A stretch of DNA of 64,000 nt from an uncultured Gemmatimonadales bacterium. GTDB lineage: Bacteria; Gemmatimonadota; Gemmatimonadetes; Gemmatimonadales; GWC2-71-9. The translations under genes and the position numbers were made by a program. Shown here in pieces: positions 59,216 to 64,000 of the stretch; within the stretch, counting starts at the first letter, position 1; each line of letters opens with the position of its first letter. A model generated the notes under the pieces. It made no database searches, was not told where the DNA came from, and was given only the letters and a program-made list of their open reading frames with translations. The stretch covers positions 1-64,000 of the forward strand of contig CAVOGR010000007.1 in assembly GCA_963695555.1 (NCBI GenBank). The letters are read 5' to 3'.

Positions 59216-61021
59216 ATGCGCTTCCCGTCGGTGAAGCTACTCGCCTCGGCCGCTTCCGCCAGTTTCGCCCGGTTCCCATTCGTGCTCGTCGCCGCGTTCG
59301 TTGCCACGGTGACGGCCATGCTCGCCATCGAAGACGTCGGCGAGGACACGGCCCCCCGACTGCTCACGGCGGCGCTCTTGGGCCTGCCACTCTTCACGGC
59401 GCTCGTGCTCTGGGGCGAGCGCCGCGCTTGGCGGTCCACCACGCGGCTCGCGGCCGGCCTCGCTGGAGTCGCGGCGCTCGCGGCATACTACCTCCTGTGG
59501 CCCCAGTGGTCGCCGGTGGTTGCCTTCACGCGGTTCGCGCAATTCCTCGTCGCGCTCCACTTATTGGTCGCATTCCTGCCATACCTCTGGGTCGGCGAAC
59601 CGAACGGGTTCTGGCAATACAATCGGACGCTGTTCCTGCGCTTCCTCACCGCGGCCCTCTATGCCGCCGTGCTGTTCGTCGGGCTGGTCATAGCGCTCGT
59701 CGCGTTGGACAAGCTCCTCGGCATCGACATCCCGGACAAGAGTTACGCGCACCTGTGGTTTCTCATCGCCGGCGTGTTTCATCCCTGGGTGTTCCTGAGC
59801 GGCGTGCCCGATGACTACTCGGCGTTGGACCAACTTCGAGACTATCCGTTGGGCCTCAAGGTGCTGGCGCAGTACATCCTCATGCCGATCGTGCTGATTT
59901 ATCTGGTCATCCTCACCGTGTACATGGGTAAGATCATCGGGACCGGGGTCTGGCCCAGCGGATGGATCGGCTATCTGGTGTCGAGCGTTGCCACCGTCGG
60001 CATCTTGTCCCTCCTCTTGCTCCACCCCATCCAGGAACAGGCCGAGAATCTTTGGGTCCAGAGCTACGCGCGGTGGTTCTACGTGGCGCTGTTTCCGTCG
60101 ATCATCATGCTGGTGCTCGCCATCTGGCAACGGGTCCAGCAATACGGCTTCACCGAGCGCCGCTACTTCCTGGTGGTGTTGGCTGCGTGGCTCTTCGGAG
60201 TGGCCCTGTATTACTCCATCCGACGATCGAAAAATATCAAGGTGATTCCGGCGTCGCTCTGTGCCGTCGCCCTGATCACCTCCTTTGGGCCATGGTCGGC
60301 GTACCGGGTCTCTGTGCGGAGCCAGACGAGTCGACTGGCCAGTCACCTCACGGAGGCGGGATTACTTGCGGCCGGACGCGTCCAGCCGGCCAGCGGCGAT
60401 GTGGCCTTTGAACACCGGCGGGAAATCAGCGAAATCCTGACCTATCTCATCGGAACGCACGGCAGCCGCACCGTTGCCCGGTGGTTCCCCGAGGAGCGCG
60501 CGATTCCCGACACCTCCGGAGCCGATCCGGCCAAGCGCCAGGCCTATGCGATCCAGCGCACGCAGGTCATCATGCAGGGGCTGAACCTGGGGTACGTCAG
60601 CGCCGCCGAGGCTCGCGAGCCCTCAGGCTTCTACTACACCACGGGAGCGCGGTCCGCCCTGGCCCCGGTCGAGGGGTACGACTACGTGTACCATCTGGCC
60701 CGCATCCCCTCCGACACGCTCTCCCTCGGCGATCGACACCTACGCGTCGCGCTCGACTCGGCGGCTGGCATGCTGCAACTGCTCGAGGATCAGACGATCC
60801 TGATCGCCCTCCCCATTGAGCCGCTGATCGACAGGGTTCGGGCTTACCTAGGCGAACATCCGATGGACCGGAATGCCCTTCCGCCGGATCTGATGCGGGT
60901 GGACGGAGAGAACGAGCGCGTGGCCGTTCGCGTCTACGTGAGTCAGCTCTCAGGCCGGCGTATCGAACGGGGGACCGCGGCTACCCAGGTGAGGGGGGAG
61001 GTCCTTCTCCGCCTGAAGTGA
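59216..61021 (+). CDS. DUF4153-family polytopic membrane protein
   Basis: RFP start, FWQYNRTL, YILMP..YLVILTVY, RVQQYGFTERRY, FGPWSA..SQTSRL. Confidence 0.85.
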   Translation: MRFPSVKLLASAASASFARFPFVLVAAFVATVTAMLAIEDVGEDTAPRLLTAALLGLPLFTALVLWGERRAWRSTTRLAAGLAGVAALAAYYLLWPQWSPVVAFTRFAQFLVALHLLVAFLPYLWVGEPNGFWQYNRTLFLRFLTAALYAAVLFVGLVIALVALDKLLGIDIPDKSYAHLWFLIAGVFHPWVFLSGVPDDYSALDQLRDYPLGLKVLAQYILMPIVLIYLVILTVYMGKIIGTGVWPSGWIGYLVSSVATVGILSLLLLHPIQEQAENLWVQSYARWFYVALFPSIIMLVLAIWQRVQQYGFTERRYFLVVLAAWLFGVALYYSIRRSKNIKVIPASLCAVALITSFGPWSAYRVSVRSQTSRLASHLTEAGLLAAGRVQPASGDVAFEHRREISEILTYLIGTHGSRTVARWFPEERAIPDTSGADPAKRQAYAIQRTQVIMQGLNLGYVSAAEAREPSGFYYTTGARSALAPVEGYDYVYHLARIPSDTLSLGDRHLRVALDSAAGMLQLLEDQTILIALPIEPLIDRVRAYLGEHPMDRNALPPDLMRVDGENERVAVRVYVSQLSGRRIERGTAATQVRGEVLLRLK

Positions 61022-61280
61022 GACGGCTGGGGGCCGACCCGCTCGATCCCCGCGCCAGCAGCCGCTCGGTGAAGTCGAGCCGCTCGTAGACCTCTGCCAA
61101 CTCGTTCCGCACCGCATCCATATCGAGCTGGAGCTCCTGCACGGCGTCCCGCAACTGCCGCGCCTCGTCGTCGGTGCCGGGCAGCGAGGTCCGAGCGCGG
61201 CTCTGGGTGATCATCCAGGTGATCCCCAACGCGCCGCCGAGCATGATCAAGAGAGCGAGCAGCGGAAAGATCATTCCCAT
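60981..61280 (-). CDS. Small TM + coiled-coil hypothetical protein
   Basis: AAGGAG ribosome-binding site; N-terminal TM followed by a coiled coil ending ELAEVYERLDFTERLL. Confidence 0.75.
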   Translation of the reverse strand: MGMIFPLLALLIMLGGALGITWMITQSRARTSLPGTDDEARQLRDAVQELQLDMDAVRNELAEVYERLDFTERLLARGSSGSAPSRLTSGGEGPPPSPG

Positions 61281-61300
61281 GGCAGCTCCTTCATCGGCCC

Positions 61301-62687
61301 CTACGCCGGTGCCGGCGCGGCGCGGGGCACTTCCTCCAGCTGGGCGGTGAAGTGCCGCAGATACGGCGGGTCGTTGAGCAACCGGAGCCCACGCAACGCG
61401 TGCCGGTGTTGGAACGCCTGGCCGCACGCCTCCACCACGTAGTCCATGTGGCTTTGGGTATAGACCCGGCGCGGAATGGCAAAGCGGACCAGTTCCATCG
61501 CGGGGGGTTCAGCAGCCTGGCCAAACATGAGGCTGCCGATCTCCACGGTTCGGATACCCGCCTGCCGGTAGAGCGCGCACACCAAAGCTTGCCCGGGAAA
61601 CTGCTCCGGCGGAATGTGAGGGCACAACTCACCGGCATCGACGTAAATGGCGTGGCCGCCCGGCGGCTCCACGATTTGGTATCCGATGTCGAGGAGTCGC
61701 TCGCCCAGGTATTCCGTCGAGCGGAGCCGGTAGGCAAGGTAATCCTCGTGCACTACCTCCTCGAACCCCTGGGCCATCGCCTCCAGGTCGCGGCCGGCCA
61801 CCCCACCGTAGGTGACGAACCCCTCGGTCAGAATGAGGAGCGCGCCCGCCCGTTCCGCGAGGGCATCGTCCCGGAGGAGCAGCACTCCGCCGATGTTCAC
61901 GAGGCCGTCCTTCTTGGCGCTGATCGTCGCCCCGTCGGCCAGGTCGAACATTTCCCGGACGATGCTCTTCACGGTCCGCTCGGCTTGCCCTGGCTCGCGC
62001 AGCTTGATGAAGTAGGCGTTCTCGGCGAACCGGCATGCATCGAGAAAGAGCGGAATGCCGTAGCCGTCACAGATCCGGCGCACGGCCCTGAGATTCTCGA
62101 GGCTGACGGGTTGCCCGCCGCCCGAGTTGTTGGTGACGGTAATCATGCACAGCGGAATGCGATCGGGGCCCACCCGTTCGATCAAGCTCGACCAACTTGT
62201 CCACGTCCATGTTGCCTTTGAAGGGATGGCGGCCCTTGGCATGCTTCCCTTCGTCGATCACCAGGTCGATGGCCTCGGCCCCGGAGTGCTCGATGTTGGC
62301 CCGGGTGGTGTCGAAGTGGTTGTTGTTCGGCACCACCTTCCCAGGCCCACCGACCAATTCGAACAGGATGCGCTCGGATGCCCGGCCCTGATGCGTCGGC
62401 AGGATGTGCGTGAACCCGGTCAAGTCCTCGAGGCGATGAAGAAACCGATAGAAGCTCTCCGCACCGGCGTACGATTCATCGCCCTGCATCATGGCAGCCC
62501 ACTGCAGGCTGCTCATGGCGCCGGTGCCGCTGTCGGTCAGGAGATCGATCAGCACGTCCCGGGCGTGAAGATTGAACATGTTGTACTGCGCGTCATGGAG
62601 CGCCTGTTCGCGCTCCGCGGGCGTCGTGAGCCGGAGCGGCTCGACCACCTTGATCTTGAAGGGCTCGATGATGGTCTTCATCGCCAT
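61301..62687 (-). CDS. tnaA: Tryptophanase (beta-eliminating lyase); frameshift near 62190
   Basis: EPFKIKVVEP, IDLLTDSGT, THQGR, HFDTT, then ITVTNNSGGGQPVS, SAKKD (PLP Lys), PRRVYT, LRHFTA (His typical of tryptophanase; tyrosine phenol-lyase has Phe here). Start 62687 or 62681. Confidence 0.87.
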
Positions 62688-62727
62688 CGCCCAGCCGTCG
62701 CCGGCAGGTACCCAGCCCGTCTGGCGC

Positions 62728-63972
62728 TCACGCGGACGGCATGCCCCCGATTCGGAGCCGTACGACGTACTGGACATCCAGTTCGTCGCGCCAGATGCCG
62801 TAGATCGTGTCGCCTTCGAACCGAAGCGGCGTGAAGCGTTCCGGCATCGCGACCACACCGAGGTACCGCCCCTCCGCGTCAAACACATCGAAATCCGACG
62901 ACCCGAGGTCCTGTTGCGGGTTGAAGAACTCCTGAGCCTCCGGGCTCAGGGCACTGGGCGCCAGGATTCTCTGCACCCACACCGTGTTCTTGGGACCGCT
63001 CAGGAACTGGAGATAGGCCGGGAAGTTGTCCGCGAAGCGAATGGCCGACCGGAGCTGGTCGATGGCCTGCGCCGGCACGCCGGCCTCTTTCCAGAGGCGC
63101 TCCATCGCGTTCAGGAGGACGGCCCGATCCCGCTCCCCGACCGCCATGGGCTCACTGGGCTTCGTGATGACCCGGGTCAGAGCACCAGCAGGGTTGTAGA
63201 CGCCGATCCGGTACGTGTCGTTGACGCCGAACAGGATGCCCGCGTCGGGAGTGAGCGCCCACACCGGCTCGGCCACGAAAAAGGTGATCTCCGGCCCACC
63301 GCTCGCAAACGAGATGGTCTTGCCGGACGGGACGCGCATCAAGGTGTCCGTCACCGAGCCGTCGGTGTCACGGACCGCGATCAAGTCCATGCTGTCCGTC
63401 GCCGGCTGATTGGGCAGCGCGAGCGGCCGCAACTGGTTGACGATCACGCCCGACGGCGTCGCATCCCAGCGAAGGGGAAGGCCGTCGGTGAAGACCATGG
63501 GATAACTCCCGAAACTGGTTCCATCGGGAGCATAGCGATTCACCCGCTGCTGCTGGAGGTCGGGCACCAAGAGGGTGTCACCCAGACCCATCAGCACTGG
63601 CCCCGCGCCGGCACCGAACTCTCCCGGCCCACCGCCCGGCCCGCCGATGGCCCGGTCGAACGTGCCGTCCGACGTGAACACCCGAACCTGCTGCGCACCC
63701 TGATCCATGACGTAGATCCGTCCGTCCGATCCGACCGCGACACCTGCCACCCGAACGAACTGGTAGTCCGGCTCGTCCTCGGCGGAACCGATCTTGAGCT
63801 CCTCCATGACCGTCCAGCGGCTCGCGTCGGTCCACAGCTCACTCGTGGGATTGACGACGATGGGAATGCCGGCGCTGTCGGTCACGGTGCCTGCCCATTC
63901 GGAAGCGGCCTCACCCTTGGCGCATGCGAGCGCCAGGACCAGGAGCAGCACACTGTAGTCTGATCGCTTCAT
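62728..63972 (-). CDS. 6-bladed beta-propeller (NHL-like) lipoprotein
   Basis: Lipobox LALAC; DGRIYVMD, IGGPGGGPGEF, FDVFDAEGRYLG, RDELDVQYV. Confidence 0.85.
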   Translation of the reverse strand: MKRSDYSVLLLVLALACAKGEAASEWAGTVTDSAGIPIVVNPTSELWTDASRWTVMEELKIGSAEDEPDYQFVRVAGVAVGSDGRIYVMDQGAQQVRVFTSDGTFDRAIGGPGGGPGEFGAGAGPVLMGLGDTLLVPDLQQQRVNRYAPDGTSFGSYPMVFTDGLPLRWDATPSGVIVNQLRPLALPNQPATDSMDLIAVRDTDGSVTDTLMRVPSGKTISFASGGPEITFFVAEPVWALTPDAGILFGVNDTYRIGVYNPAGALTRVITKPSEPMAVGERDRAVLLNAMERLWKEAGVPAQAIDQLRSAIRFADNFPAYLQFLSGPKNTVWVQRILAPSALSPEAQEFFNPQQDLGSSDFDVFDAEGRYLGVVAMPERFTPLRFEGDTIYGIWRDELDVQYVVRLRIGGMPSA

Positions 63973-64000
63973 CGTTACATCCACCGTTGGAGTATTGGAA

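Noticed and set aside
62180..62200. tnaA frameshift as regulatory recoding or a true pseudogene
   Set aside because: Both halves retain their catalytic motifs and there is no slippery site. Assembly error is more likely, although reads are needed to confirm.
1..64000. tRNA, rRNA, CRISPR array, transposase/integrase, prophage or defence genes
   Set aside because: None recognised. Intergenic gaps beyond 2 kb are short and show no repeat-spacer periodicity. A covariance-model search was not possible.

Overview
High-GC bacterial chromosomal window, densely coding. Gene content and style suggest Gemmatimonadota (inference). I saw no rRNA, tRNA, CRISPR array or mobile element. Five blocks stand out. 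(1) 3-13 kb: an uncharacterised sugar-type catabolic locus with a family-5 ABC importer lacking its ATPase, a GHMP kinase, a heparinase II/III-like lyase, a class-III aminotransferase and two amidohydrolases. (2) 15.6-22.1 kb: a cyanophycin operon iadA-cphB-cphA followed by a CphA paralog that lacks the ATP-grasp domain. (3) 25-36.3 kb: a tryptophan/anthranilate catabolic cluster (kynA, kynU, anthraniloyl-CoA monooxygenase-like gene, beta-oxidation genes, aryl-CoA ligase) with no kynB but with a creatininase-family hydrolase. (4) 38.4-53.6 kb: a 9-gene MoxR/vWA envelope operon (two DUF4159, a Cys-less caspase-fold protein, a TPR-zincin, DUF58, BatA-like, DUF4175-like) behind a putative ECF-sigma promoter. 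(5) 53.6-64 kb: GH20 hexosaminidase, a VTT/phosphodiesterase pair, a deaminase, DUF4153, tryptophanase and a beta-propeller protein. Several genes carry single frameshifts and the first ~2 kb is heavily disrupted (it hides a SURF1 gene); long-read assembly error is the most likely cause. Family assignments come from motif recognition by eye, not database searches.
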